Origin: an uncultured delta proteobacterium
GTDB taxonomy: Bacteria; Myxococcota; UBA727; VGSZ01
Length of the DNA: 64,000 bases
NCBI GenBank assembly: GCA_963775425.1
Contig: CAVZJB010000003.1
Coordinates: forward strand, 608,001-672,000
Direction: 5' to 3'
Of this stretch, positions 9,855 through 21,921 are shown piece after piece. A program made the position numbers and the translations under genes. Below the pieces are notes generated by a model. The model had not been told where the DNA came from and made no database searches. It worked only from the letters and a program-made list of their open reading frames with translations. Position 1 is the stretch's first letter; each line of letters opens with the position of its first letter.

Positions 9855-11210
9855 CTACGACGGGATGGGCGCGAGCTTGTCGGGGCGGACGGGGGGAAAG
9901 AGCGTGCCCGCCGCGACGAACGGGGCGAGGCCGTCGGCGAGCGTGGTGCCGACGCGGCGGACGACGTCGATGAGGGCGTCGTTCAAGCGGCCGACGCTGC
10001 GGTCGACGTACAGGAGCGCCTCGGGCCGGGAGCCCACCAGGAGCGGCATCACGGCGAACGACGTCGGCGGCTCCTCGCCGAGGTGGCGCCACAGGATGCG
10101 CTCGATGGTGCTCGGGTCCGCGGCGTCCCCGAGGGCGACGCGCCGGTTGGACACCGCGCGCCCGAACGCCGACGGCGCCGTGAGCGGCAGGAGCACGTCG
10201 CGGATGGAGTCGCGCCCCAAAGACGGCGTGCGACCGTCCCAGCCGACGGCGACGTTGCCGCGCACGAGGAACAACACCGCGCAGCGCAGCGGCGGCACGA
10301 GCAGGCGCAGCACCTGCGGCGGCAAGGAGTCGCGCGCCTCGAGCGCCGAGCCCGGCGGCAGCGCGCGCCGGATCGCCTCGAGCGCGGCGTCGTCGACGAG
10401 CGCCGCGGGCGCGTGCGCGGGGCTCGTGTCGGTGACCGTGGGGGCGTCGTCGAGGGCGGGGTGGGTGGCGTCTTTGACGGTGTCCGGCGCCCGCGGGCGG
10501 CGGAGCGCGAGCAGCGTGGTGGGCTGCTCCTCCTCCTCGTAGACGGGGTCGCCCTCGCCGCTGGCGGTGTGCACCGCGCGCGCGAGCGGGGACTCGTGCG
10601 GGTCGGCGAGGTTCTCGGGCGCCCCGAAGATGCGACGGGGGATGTCCGGCGACGGCGCCGGCAGGCAATCGTCGTCCTCGCCGCTGTTGGGCGGATCGGT
10701 GAACCCCGCGGCGCCCCCGGGCGCGCCCGACGCGCGCCCCTCGAGGGAGTGTCGTGCGAGGAAGCCGCCGTCCGGCGTGACCATGGGAACCGAGTAGCTC
10801 TCGCTGAGCGCCTGAAAGAGCGCCCGCGGGCGCGCGGCCCTCGGCTCGACGGCGAGGCCGCAGAAGAACGAGAGCTTCTCGATGGCGTCGGTGTCCGAAG
10901 GGTCGAGCATGGCGACGACGAGGCGCGAGCGCTCTACGCGGAGCGGCACCGCGCGGTGCCGCTCGGCCACCGGCCGCGTGAGGGCCCCGAGCGCCGCCGG
11001 CGGGGGCCGCCGTGCGACGAGGTCCGCGGTTGCATCGGTGGCGCCGAGCGACACGAAGACCTCGCAGAGCTGCGCGTCGGAGACGACGCCGCTGCGGTAC
11101 AGCCGCTCGGCGAGCCCGGCGGACTTGTACGACGCCCACTTCTCGAGGGCCTCGAGGTCGTCGGCGGCGACGAGACCTCGCTCGAGCACGGCATGTCGCA
11201 GGGCGCTCAC
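9855..11210 (-). CDS. T2SSE_N/GspE N-terminal-like domain protein with C-terminal GAF-like domain
   Basis: AERHRAVPL...LVVAMLDP...EKLSFFCG T2SSE_N pattern; Pro-rich linker; no ATPase motifs. Confidence 0.65.
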   Translation of the reverse strand: MSALRHAVLERGLVAADDLEALEKWASYKSAGLAERLYRSGVVSDAQLCEVFVSLGATDATADLVARRPPPAALGALTRPVAERHRAVPLRVERSRLVVAMLDPSDTDAIEKLSFFCGLAVEPRAARPRALFQALSESYSVPMVTPDGGFLARHSLEGRASGAPGGAAGFTDPPNSGEDDDCLPAPSPDIPRRIFGAPENLADPHESPLARAVHTASGEGDPVYEEEEQPTTLLALRRPRAPDTVKDATHPALDDAPTVTDTSPAHAPAALVDDAALEAIRRALPPGSALEARDSLPPQVLRLLVPPLRCAVLFLVRGNVAVGWDGRTPSLGRDSIRDVLLPLTAPSAFGRAVSNRRVALGDAADPSTIERILWRHLGEEPPTSFAVMPLLVGSRPEALLYVDRSVGRLNDALIDVVRRVGTTLADGLAPFVAAGTLFPPVRPDKLAPIPS

Positions 11211-11274
11211 GGCTCCGTGTTACCTCCATCGGGACCGCCTTGGCGAGACGCGCGCGGCACACCATGCTCCGTCC

Positions 11275-12447
11275 GTGACCGCCGCCGCCCTCCTCGCCAC
11301 CGCCGACGCCCGCGCCGCGGGCTTCGCCGTGGCGCCGGCGGCCGACCCCCGGCGGGTGGTGGTCGCCATGTCCGGCGGCGTGGACTCGTCGGTGGCGGCG
11401 TGGCTGTTGAAGGCCGCGGGCCACGACGTCGTCGGCGTGAGCCTGCGCCTGGCGCCCGACGGCCCGGGAGACGGGCCGGCGCGCTCGGGCCGTTGCTGCT
11501 CCGTGGACGACATGACGGACGCGCGGCGCGTGGCCGGCGCCCTCGGCATCCCGTTTCACGCGATCGACGCGCGCGAGCGCTTTCGCGCAGCCGTGTTCGA
11601 GCCCTTCGTCGAGGCCTGGCACCGCGGCGAGACGCCCATCCCGTGCCTCGCGTGCAACCACGAGGTGAAGCTCGGCGACCTCCTCGGCACCGCCCGCGAC
11701 CTCGGCGCCGCCCTCGCCACCGGCCACTACGTCCGCGTCGTCGAGGGACGCCTGCTGCGCCCCGCCGACGCCGACCGCGATCAGACCTACTACCTCTACG
11801 GCACGCCCCACGACGTCATCGACGAGCTGCTCTTTCCGCTCGGCGACCTCGACAAGCCCCTGGTGCGCGCGCTCGCCAAGCGCGCGGGCCTCCCCGTGTT
11901 CGACAAGCCCGACAGCCAGGAGATCTGCTTCGTACCCGACGGCGACACCGCCGGCGTCGTCGAGCGCGCGGGCGGCGCCGGCGCCGCGGGCGAGCTCGTG
12001 CACATCGACGGACGGCGCCTCAAGCGGCACGGCGGCGTGCATCGCTTCACCGTCGGCCAGCGCCGGGGCACCGGCGTGTCGTCGCCCGCCGAGGGCGAGC
12101 GCCTCTACGTGGTCGACGTCGACGGCGCCAGCGGCACCGTCACCATGGGCCCGCGCGAGGCGCTCGCCGTCACCCGCGTGAAGGCCGCGCCGCTCCGGCT
12201 GTGCGCGCCGCTTGGGTCGTGGCCCGAGCTGGTCGACGTGCAGGTGCGCGCGCGGGCGGTCCCGCAGCGGGCGCGCTGGGCGCTGGTCGACGGAGCGCTC
12301 GAGCTCCGCTTCGAGGAGCCGGTGCACGCGGTGGCGCTCGGGCAGGCCGCCGTCTGCTACCACGGCGACGTGCTCCTCGGCGGCGGCCTCCTCGTGGAGC
12401 GGTGCGACGGCGCCCGCCCGCGCGCGGTCGTCGCGGCGGGCGGCTGA
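11275..12447 (+). CDS. mnmA: tRNA 2-thiouridine(34) synthase
   Basis: AMSGGVDSS, TPIPCLACN, ATGHY, DQTYYL, KPDSQEICF, FTVGQRRG; start codon uncertain. Confidence 0.93.
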   Translation: MTAAALLATADARAAGFAVAPAADPRRVVVAMSGGVDSSVAAWLLKAAGHDVVGVSLRLAPDGPGDGPARSGRCCSVDDMTDARRVAGALGIPFHAIDARERFRAAVFEPFVEAWHRGETPIPCLACNHEVKLGDLLGTARDLGAALATGHYVRVVEGRLLRPADADRDQTYYLYGTPHDVIDELLFPLGDLDKPLVRALAKRAGLPVFDKPDSQEICFVPDGDTAGVVERAGGAGAAGELVHIDGRRLKRHGGVHRFTVGQRRGTGVSSPAEGERLYVVDVDGASGTVTMGPREALAVTRVKAAPLRLCAPLGSWPELVDVQVRARAVPQRARWALVDGALELRFEEPVHAVALGQAAVCYHGDVLLGGGLLVERCDGARPRAVVAAGG

Positions 12448-12452
12448 AGCGC

Positions 12453-13007
12453 TCAGGGGTCTGCGGGGTCGCGCTCCTTCGGCGGCGAGGTCGCGCGGGG
12501 CGAGACCACCTTCGCCGGCGGCGGGGGGCGCACGCAGAGCGCCGCCGCGTCGGCGATGCGCACGGTCTCTCCCCGCAGCGTCACCAGGCGCGCGCGGCGC
12601 TTGCCCATCATGTTGAAGGGGCCGGCCTCCACCTCGACGTGCTGGATGAAGGCGCAGTCGCCGACGCTCTTCATGTCGTCGCGGGCGTGTTTCAGCGCGA
12701 CAGCCTCCTGGTCGTCGAAGGGCAGCGCGAGGTACGCCCAGCAGGCGCCGCCGTAGAAGGCGGCGGTGGCGAGGCAGGCGATGAACAGCGGCGCGAGGTC
12801 GAAGGTCTCGGTGGCGTCGTAGTTGTAGTGCCGGTGGCCGGTGTCGGTTTCGACGATGACGTCGCCACGAGTGCGCACCTGCAGCGTCACGCACCCCGCG
12901 CCGCCGGCGACGACGACGACCACGGCGACAGCGACGGCGCCGGCGACGGACGCCGCGCCGCGAGCGCCCGGCGGCTTCGGGGACACAAGACGGCGAGCGC
13001 GTGTCAT
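12453..13007 (-). CDS. Hypothetical lipoprotein/membrane protein
   Basis: Hydrophobic stretch ending in GAGC lipobox; second hydrophobic segment; GC3-biased codons. Confidence 0.55.
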   Translation of the reverse strand: MTRARRLVSPKPPGARGAASVAGAVAVAVVVVVAGGAGCVTLQVRTRGDVIVETDTGHRHYNYDATETFDLAPLFIACLATAAFYGGACWAYLALPFDDQEAVALKHARDDMKSVGDCAFIQHVEVEAGPFNMMGKRRARLVTLRGETVRIADAAALCVRPPPPAKVVSPRATSPPKERDPADP

Positions 13008-13134
13008 CCGGCCTCCGCCGCCATGCTGCCACCTCGCCGGGGCGGCGACACCCACCTCTCACGGCACGGGCGAGCGCGGCGGCGATGTGACCGCCGACAT
13101 CGGCGGCGCCCCCCGGGCCGCGCTATGCGAGGCG

Positions 13135-14356
13135 ATGCCCCGCCCGCTCCCCTCCACCGCCGCCCTCGTGTTTGCCCTCCTCCTCGGTGGGTGCGACCCG
13201 CTCGGCTTCTGGGACGACGCCCCTGTCACCACCGGCGACCGCGGCGCTTCCGAGGGTGAGGGCGAGGGCGACGCCGGCGAGGGCGAGGGCGAGGGCGACG
13301 ACGCGCTCCCGCCCTGCTGCGACCTCGAGCAGATCGACGCGCCCCCGGGCGCGCTCAGCTTCCGCGTGAACGGCGCGGGGATCGCGTCGCTGCTCGTCGA
13401 GGATCCCTTCGTGCAAGTCGGCGCCCCGCGCCGGCTGCTCTATGAAACGGACGCGGGCTCGAGCTTCGCCGAGGAGGTCGTGCGTCCTGACGTGGGCGCC
13501 ACATCCACGGGCTTCTTCCTCGCCCTCGACGCCTCCGGGCGCCCGGTGCTCGTCACGCGAACGGACTCCGATGTGCAGGTGGCGGTGCGCCACGGCCCGC
13601 GCGACTGGCAGGGGGACACGGCGTTTTCCGCCACGGGCACGCCCTTCGTCAGCCGCGTCGCCGCGGTGGCCAACAAGACCGGCGGCTTTGCGCTGTTCGT
13701 CGAGACCGAGCTCATCACCGATCCTGGCGAGGCCGGCTGTACGTCGTCCTTCGAGATCTGCCGCAGCTACGGCCTGAAGCTCGTCGAGGGTGACGTCGGC
13801 GCGTGGTCCACCACGCCGGTGGCGTCGGACCTCGACGGCGTCACCTGGATCGACGCCGGCGCCGGCGACGACGGCGAGCCCGTGCTCGCCTGGGACGCGG
13901 GACAACAGAATCTTCATGGCCACGCGCGGCCCCGACGGCGACTTCATCGCGCAGCCCGTGGCCAACGCCCTGTCGCTGTGGCAGCTCGCGGTGGCGCCCG
14001 ACGGCTCCGGCCACGTCGTCGGCCGGGCCGGCGGCGGCGCCTTCGAGCACGTCGCGCTCACGGACGTCGGCCTCGTCAGCGAGACCCTCCCGGACATCCG
14101 CGGGTACCTCGACATCGGCGGCCTCACGGTCGACGCACAGGACACCTTGCACATCGTCACGGTCGAGGCCGTCGACAGCCAGGCGGTGGTCCACTACACG
14201 CGCGTCCGCGGCGAGCTCCACGACGAGACCGACGTCGCCACCGTCGAGATCGACCCCAACACCACCTTCGTCGGCGCCACCGTGGCGCTCGCCAGCGACG
14301 GCCCGCACTTCGTGGTCGGCGGCGGCGACACCGCGCTGTATCTGCGCCCGCGCTGA
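13135..14356 (+). CDS. Hypothetical lipoprotein with EG-repeat linker and beta-propeller-like body; apparent +1 frameshift near 13892
   Basis: Lipobox LGGC; SEGEGEGDAGEGEGEGD; removing one G from TGGG at 13891-13894 joins VLAW to TRDNRIFM...LYLRPR*. Confidence 0.65.
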
Positions 14357-14377
14357 CTCAGGCTGCGAGCCGGCAGC

Positions 14378-16150
14378 TCACACCACGTCGCAGAGCAAGG
14401 TGCGCGCGGGATCCCAGGTGATGCTCTTCACGGGGAAGCCGGCGTCGACGCTGAGCTTCTTTCCCGGCTGTACGACGACGTCCTTGGTCTCCCCGTGCGC
14501 GCCCTCGAGGCGGACGGGGAGGGACAGCGGACCGGAGGATGCGGCCGCGCTCGTCAGGAGGTCGGCGTTTGTGCCGTTGGCCTTCAGCAGCAGCTCGGCG
14601 TGCGACCCGCTCACCAGTGAGGCGTCCTCGAACGTCGGGATGGCCTCGAGCTTCTTCCACGCCGCAAAGAACGGCGCGAGCTCGAGCTTGCGCTCGCTCC
14701 TGGCGTAGGCGATGAAGTCGTCGGTGGTGACGGCGTCGCCGTGCTCGCGCTGGAACCAGGCGCGCAACAGCGCGTCCATCTCGCGCGTGCCGATGCGGCA
14801 CTCGAGCATTCGGAGCATCCACGCGCCCTGCATGTACGGGACCCAGGAGAGGCCCTCCTGGGGGTCCGTCGACGACGGCTCGTCGAGCGGCTGCGTGATG
14901 CCCTCGTCGAGCTGCGCGCGCAGCTCGTCCTTGGCGCCGTCGAGGTAGCGGTAGAAGGCTTCGTCGCCGTCCTTGTGCTGGAAGAAGCGCCAGGTGGCGT
15001 AGTTGGTGAAACCCTCGCTCATCCACAGCTCGCCCCAGTGGGCGATGCGCACGCTGTCGCCGAACCACATGTGCGCGGTCTCGTGGACGCACGCCTCGAG
15101 CGTGTCGTGCTTGGACTGCCCGACGGCGATGGCGATGGCGCCGGCGTGCTCCATGCCGCCGTACTCCGACTTGATCTCGATGATGTTCATCGTCTTGCCG
15201 AAGCGGTAGGCGCCGAATTTCCTGGAGAACCACGCCATGGCCGCCGCCGTGGTCTCGCGCATCTCCTTGCGCGTCGCCGCGGGGATGCGCGCACCGAGGC
15301 CGACGGTGCGCGCCTCGTAGCCGTCGACGACGGCGCTTTGCATGTCGGCGAGCTTGCCGGCGGTGAAGGCGATGGCGTAGGCGGGCACGGGCTTGTCGAG
15401 GTGAAAGCTGCCGTCCGCGCGCGCCGCGCCCGCCGCGACGGCGCGCTCGCCGGCCTTGACGTGCACGGTGACGCGCGCGGTGGCGCCGTCGTCGGGATGA
15501 GACGTGGACGGGAAGAGCGCGCCGGTGTTGTACGGCCAGGTGAGCGTCCACATGCGGCCCGCGTAGCGGTCGCGGATGAGGCCGTAGCCGTCGACGTCGT
15601 CGGTGGGCTTGACGTGGTAGCGCACGTCGAGCTCCTTGACGCCGTCCGCCTCGACGAAGAGCCGGCCGTCCCGGGCCTCGAACGGCACCGGCTTTCCGGC
15701 GGCGCGGACCTCGTCGATGGTGAGGCGGTCGGGATCCACCTCGAGGATGCACCGCTGCTGCGACGGCGCCTCGAGCGCGATCCGGGCCCGCGCGGGGAAC
15801 GAGGGCCCGTCCTTGGAGAAGTCGAAGCTCAGGTCGTAGCTCTTCACGCGGACGTTCGGGACCGGCACCGCGTGCGCGAGCGCCTTCTCGAGCGCCGCGG
15901 GCAAGCGCTTCGCGGGCACCCCGAGCAGGCGGCACAGCGCCCGGCGCGCGGGGTCGACCTCGTTTTCGTCGAGGATGCGGTCATGCTTGACGAGCGCGAG
16001 GACGTCGTTGGCGGCGCTCTTCTCGCGGGCGTCGCGCAGGGCGGCGGCCGCTCTCTCGAGGGCGTCGACGTCGGCCTGGGCGAGCCGACCGCTCCGGGAC
16101 AGCGCGCGTTCGAACGCTTTGTGGAATTCGCGCGCCTTGATCGAGGGCAC
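14378..16150 (-). CDS. M1-family zinc aminopeptidase
   Basis: GGMEH, HETAHMWFG and downstream EGF zinc ligand; likely GTG start at 16150. Confidence 0.88.
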   Translation of the reverse strand: MPSIKAREFHKAFERALSRSGRLAQADVDALERAAAALRDAREKSAANDVLALVKHDRILDENEVDPARRALCRLLGVPAKRLPAALEKALAHAVPVPNVRVKSYDLSFDFSKDGPSFPARARIALEAPSQQRCILEVDPDRLTIDEVRAAGKPVPFEARDGRLFVEADGVKELDVRYHVKPTDDVDGYGLIRDRYAGRMWTLTWPYNTGALFPSTSHPDDGATARVTVHVKAGERAVAAGAARADGSFHLDKPVPAYAIAFTAGKLADMQSAVVDGYEARTVGLGARIPAATRKEMRETTAAAMAWFSRKFGAYRFGKTMNIIEIKSEYGGMEHAGAIAIAVGQSKHDTLEACVHETAHMWFGDSVRIAHWGELWMSEGFTNYATWRFFQHKDGDEAFYRYLDGAKDELRAQLDEGITQPLDEPSSTDPQEGLSWVPYMQGAWMLRMLECRIGTREMDALLRAWFQREHGDAVTTDDFIAYARSERKLELAPFFAAWKKLEAIPTFEDASLVSGSHAELLLKANGTNADLLTSAAASSGPLSLPVRLEGAHGETKDVVVQPGKKLSVDAGFPVKSITWDPARTLLCDVV

Positions 16151-16369
16151 GTCGTGAGCGTAGCCCGCTCCCGGCGACCGAGGAAGGGCATACCCGGCGC
16201 AGGCGTCGGGCTCGTGGGCGGAGCTTGACCGGGCAAGCCGCCGGGCAAGGCCGGCTGAAGGAAGCCGTTGCCCGAGATGCGCGCGCTGTCCCATGACGTC
16301 ACCGGCCGCGCCTTTCGCGGCGTATCGCGGCGACGACCTCGTCGTCGCGCAGGCGCGCTGGCGTGACGG

Positions 16370-17998
16370 TCAACGCCGCCGGCGGCGCACGGCGAACGCG
16401 AGGAGCGCGAGCAGGTTGAGCGCGCCGCCGCCGGCCGCGCCGCAGGACGGGGCGGGCGTGGGCACGGGGGTCGCCCCGGCGCCGCCGCCGCCGTTCGCGC
16501 CGTCGCCACCGCCGCCGTTGGCGCCGTCGCCGCCGCCGCCGTTGGCGCCACCGTTGGCGCCGTCGCCGCCGCCGCCGTTGGCGCCGTCGCCGCCGCCACC
16601 GTTCGCCCCGTCGCCGCTCCCGCCGCCGCCCGCGCCGTCGTCGGCGGCGCCGCATTGCGCGCCCGTCGCCGTGGCGTGGCAGCCGTCGGCGCCGCAGTCG
16701 GTCTCGGCGTACGCCCCGAGCGCGCACGATCCGAGCGTGTCGGCGTCCTTGCAGAAGCTGCCGTCTTCGGCGCCGCCGAGGTTGGACCAGCACATGTAGT
16801 GCACGCAGTGCGCGGCGCCGCCCTCCTCGGAGCACTTGGCGCCGTACACGCCGCAGTCACCCTCGTCGTACACACCGAGCGCGCAACTGCCGATCTTGGT
16901 GTCGTCGACGCAGAAGCTGCCGTCCTCGCCGCCGTCGAGGTGCGACCAGCACATGTAGTGCACGCAGTGGCCCTGGCCGCCCTCCTCGGAGCACTTGGCG
17001 CCGTACGCGCCACAGTCGCCTTCGCTGAGCTGTCCGAGCTGGCACGTGTCGAGGAGCGTGTCGCCGTTGCAGAAGGTGCCGTCCTCGGCCCCGAGGTGGA
17101 TGGTGCAATACGGATGCACGCAGTGCGGGTGGCCGCCCTCCGTCGAGCAGGTCGCGCCGAAGAAGCCGCAGTCGCCGCTGCCGAGGTGGCCCGTGTTGTC
17201 GCAGGCGGTGACGACGCTGCCGTTGCACCCGCCCGTGTTCGGGTTCGCGACGCACTGCGGGTCCGCACGCAGCGCGCGCAGTTGATCGAGCGAGCCGTTG
17301 AACAGATCGGTGTCGACGACGGCGGGGATGCCGCCGACCTGCCCGTTGTCACTCGTCTGCCAGAAGGCCCAGTCGCCCCACTGGGCGGCGATGTCCGGGC
17401 ACGACGGCCCCCACTGCGCGATCCACAGCGGATACGCGCTCTCGTTGGAGCCGACGTTGTCCTGCCAGAAGTACTTGCCGGTGTAGATCGCGGGCCTCAC
17501 GCCCGTGCGCTGCTCCACCACCGACAGCCACGTCGCCACCCGCTGCTGGTACGTGCCCGCGCCCACGCCGTCGGTGACCTCGACGTCGATCACCGGCGGC
17601 AGCTCGCCCGGCCCGCCGTTCGCCATCAGGACGTCGGCGAAGTGGTTCGCCTCCGCGGCCGCGTCGTCCTCGGGTCGGAAGAACTGATACGCGCCGCGCA
17701 ACACCCCTGCGGCGCCGGCGCCGTTCCAGTTCTGGACGAACTTCGGGTCGTTGTAGAAGCCGTCGCCGACGCGGATGACGGCGAACTGCACGCCGCTCGC
17801 GTGCGCCGCGCCCCAGTCGATGTTCCCCTGGAACTCGGAGACGTCGACGCCGAACGTGGTCGCGCCGTGGGCGCACACCGTGGCCGCCTGCTCGTCGATC
17901 GAGGCCGCCGTGCCGACGTCGAGGGGCGCGCCGCAGCCGGCGGCGGCGAGCGCGGCGGCACAGCAGAGGCTACGAGCGAGGGCGTGTGGTGTCGTCAT
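16370..17998 (-). CDS. GH25 lysozyme with Cys-rich repeats, Gly-rich linker and MYXO-CTERM-like tail
   Basis: GVDVSEFQG, VIDVE, WQTS, VDTD; three ~53-aa Cys repeats; tail SCGAAGGGALNLLALLAFAVRRRRR. Confidence 0.88.
   Translation of the reverse strand: MTTPHALARSLCCAAALAAAGCGAPLDVGTAASIDEQAATVCAHGATTFGVDVSEFQGNIDWGAAHASGVQFAVIRVGDGFYNDPKFVQNWNGAGAAGVLRGAYQFFRPEDDAAAEANHFADVLMANGGPGELPPVIDVEVTDGVGAGTYQQRVATWLSVVEQRTGVRPAIYTGKYFWQDNVGSNESAYPLWIAQWGPSCPDIAAQWGDWAFWQTSDNGQVGGIPAVVDTDLFNGSLDQLRALRADPQCVANPNTGGCNGSVVTACDNTGHLGSGDCGFFGATCSTEGGHPHCVHPYCTIHLGAEDGTFCNGDTLLDTCQLGQLSEGDCGAYGAKCSEEGGQGHCVHYMCWSHLDGGEDGSFCVDDTKIGSCALGVYDEGDCGVYGAKCSEEGGAAHCVHYMCWSNLGGAEDGSFCKDADTLGSCALGAYAETDCGADGCHATATGAQCGAADDGAGGGGSGDGANGGGGDGANGGGGDGANGGANGGGGDGANGGGGDGANGGGGAGATPVPTPAPSCGAAGGGALNLLALLAFAVRRRRR
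16480..16640 (-). repeat. Coding tandem repeat (DGANGGGG)n linker
   Basis: ~24-bp units such as gccgtcgccgccgccgccgttggc. Confidence 0.8.
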
Positions 17999-18088
17999 GG
18001 GACGTACTTATCCGTGACCGGGTGGTCATGAATCCGATCGAGGTCGACGGGCGGTTGACCGACGTCGGAAGGCGGGTGAGCAACCGCC

Positions 18089-20283
<2,195 letters not shown>

Positions 20284-20287
<4 letters not shown>

Positions 20288-21834
20288 AGCTCGGCATCGA
20301 CTTCGGCACCACGCGCACGCTCGTCGCCGCGGTGGATCGCGGCAACTATCCGGTGGTCACGTTCCTCGATCTCGACGGCGACGGCCACGAGCACTTCCCG
20401 TCGGTGGTCGCGGAGCAGGGCGGCGCGCTCGTGTACGGCTTCGACGCGCTCGCGGCGGCCGCCGGCGGCGCGCCGCTGTTGCGTTCGTTCAAGCGCGTGC
20501 TCGCGGCGCCGGGCGTGAACGGCGCGGAGCTCGTGCGCGTCGGCGCCGTCGAGGTCGCCCTCCTCGACCTGCTGACGGGCTTCCTCGGCGCGCTGCGCGA
20601 GGCGCTCCTTCAGCGCTCGAACCTCCCCAAGGGGCCGTTCGCCCGCGCGCGCGCCTCGACGCTCCTCGACGCCGTCGTCGCCGTGCCGGCGCACGCGCAC
20701 GGCGCGCAGCGCTTCCTGACGCTCGAGGCCTTCAAGCGCGCGGGCTTCGACGTCAAGGCGATGATCAACGAGCCCTCGGCCGCGGGCTTCGAGTTCACGC
20801 ATCGCCAGCCGCGCACGCTGACCGCGCGCCGCACGCGCGTGGTCGTCTACGACCTCGGCGGCGGCACCTTCGACGCGTCGCTCGTCAAGGTCGACGGCGT
20901 CCGCCACGACGTCCTCGCCACCGCCGGCCTCAACCGCCTCGGCGGAGACGACTTCGACCGCGTCCTCGCCGACCGCGCCCTCGCCGCGCTCAATCCGCCC
21001 CGCGCCCTCGACGACCTCGACGCGCGCGCGCGCGGGGAGCTCCTCGAGGCGTGCCGCGAGGCCAAGGAGCGCATCACCCCGCAGGCGCGTCGCATCGCCC
21101 TCGAGCTGCCGGCCAATCCTTCGCTGGGGGACAGGTCCGTCAGCGTCGACGTCGGCGTCGATGCCTTCTACGCGGCCGTGGCGCCGCTCGTGGAGCGCAC
21201 CATCGCGGCGATGGCGCCGGTGCTCGGCCAGCTCGACGCGGGCGAGGGCGAGGACCCGCTCGCCGAGATCGCCGGCATCTACCTCGTGGGCGGGGCGAGC
21301 GGCCTCCCGTTGGTGCCCCGCCTGTTGAAGGAGCGCTTCGGCCGGCGCGTGCACCGCTCGCCGCACCCGGCGGCGTCGACGGCCATCGGCCTGGCCATCG
21401 CCGCCGACGAAGAAGCGGGGTTCGCGTTGGCCGACCGGCTGTCGCGGAGCTTCGGCGTGTTCCGTGAGAGCGACGAGGGCAGGGCGGTCGCGTTCGACCC
21501 CATCTTCGTCAACGACACCGCGCTGCCCGTGGAGGGCGCCGTCGTCGTCAGCCGGCGCTATCGCGCTGCGCACAATGTAGGGCACTTCCGCTTCGTCGAG
21601 TGCACCGGCGTCGAGGGCGGCGAGCCGCGGGGCGACCTCGTGCCGTTTGCCGAGGTGCTGTTCCCCTTCGACCCCGCGCTGCGCGGTGGAGACCTCAAGG
21701 GCGTCGCCGTCGAGCGCCGCGGCGACGGGCCGGAGATCGAGGAGCGCTACGTCATCGATCCGCACGGCCTCGTGGAGGTGCAGATCGCCGACGTCGACAG
21801 CGGCTACTGCCAGACGCACCGCATCGGCGGATGA
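20284..21834 (+). CDS. Atypical Hsp70-family protein
   Basis: GIDFGTT, INEPSAA, YDLGGGTFD, LGGDDFD, LVGGASGLP; short non-DnaK C-terminus; GTGA overlap. Confidence 0.85.
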
Positions 21835-21921
21835 GGCGCAAATCGTGCGGTCGCCGGGTGCCTCGCTTTTCGCGCGCTCGCCCGACGTGCGCTAAGGTCA
21901 CGACGGCTTGGAGCACCTTTG

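Noticed and set aside
9568-13259. ORFs over 1000 aa (9568..13062 - and 10083..13259 +) and similar shadow ORFs across the window
   Set aside because: Antisense or off-frame shadows of recognisable genes; stop codons are rare at this GC content
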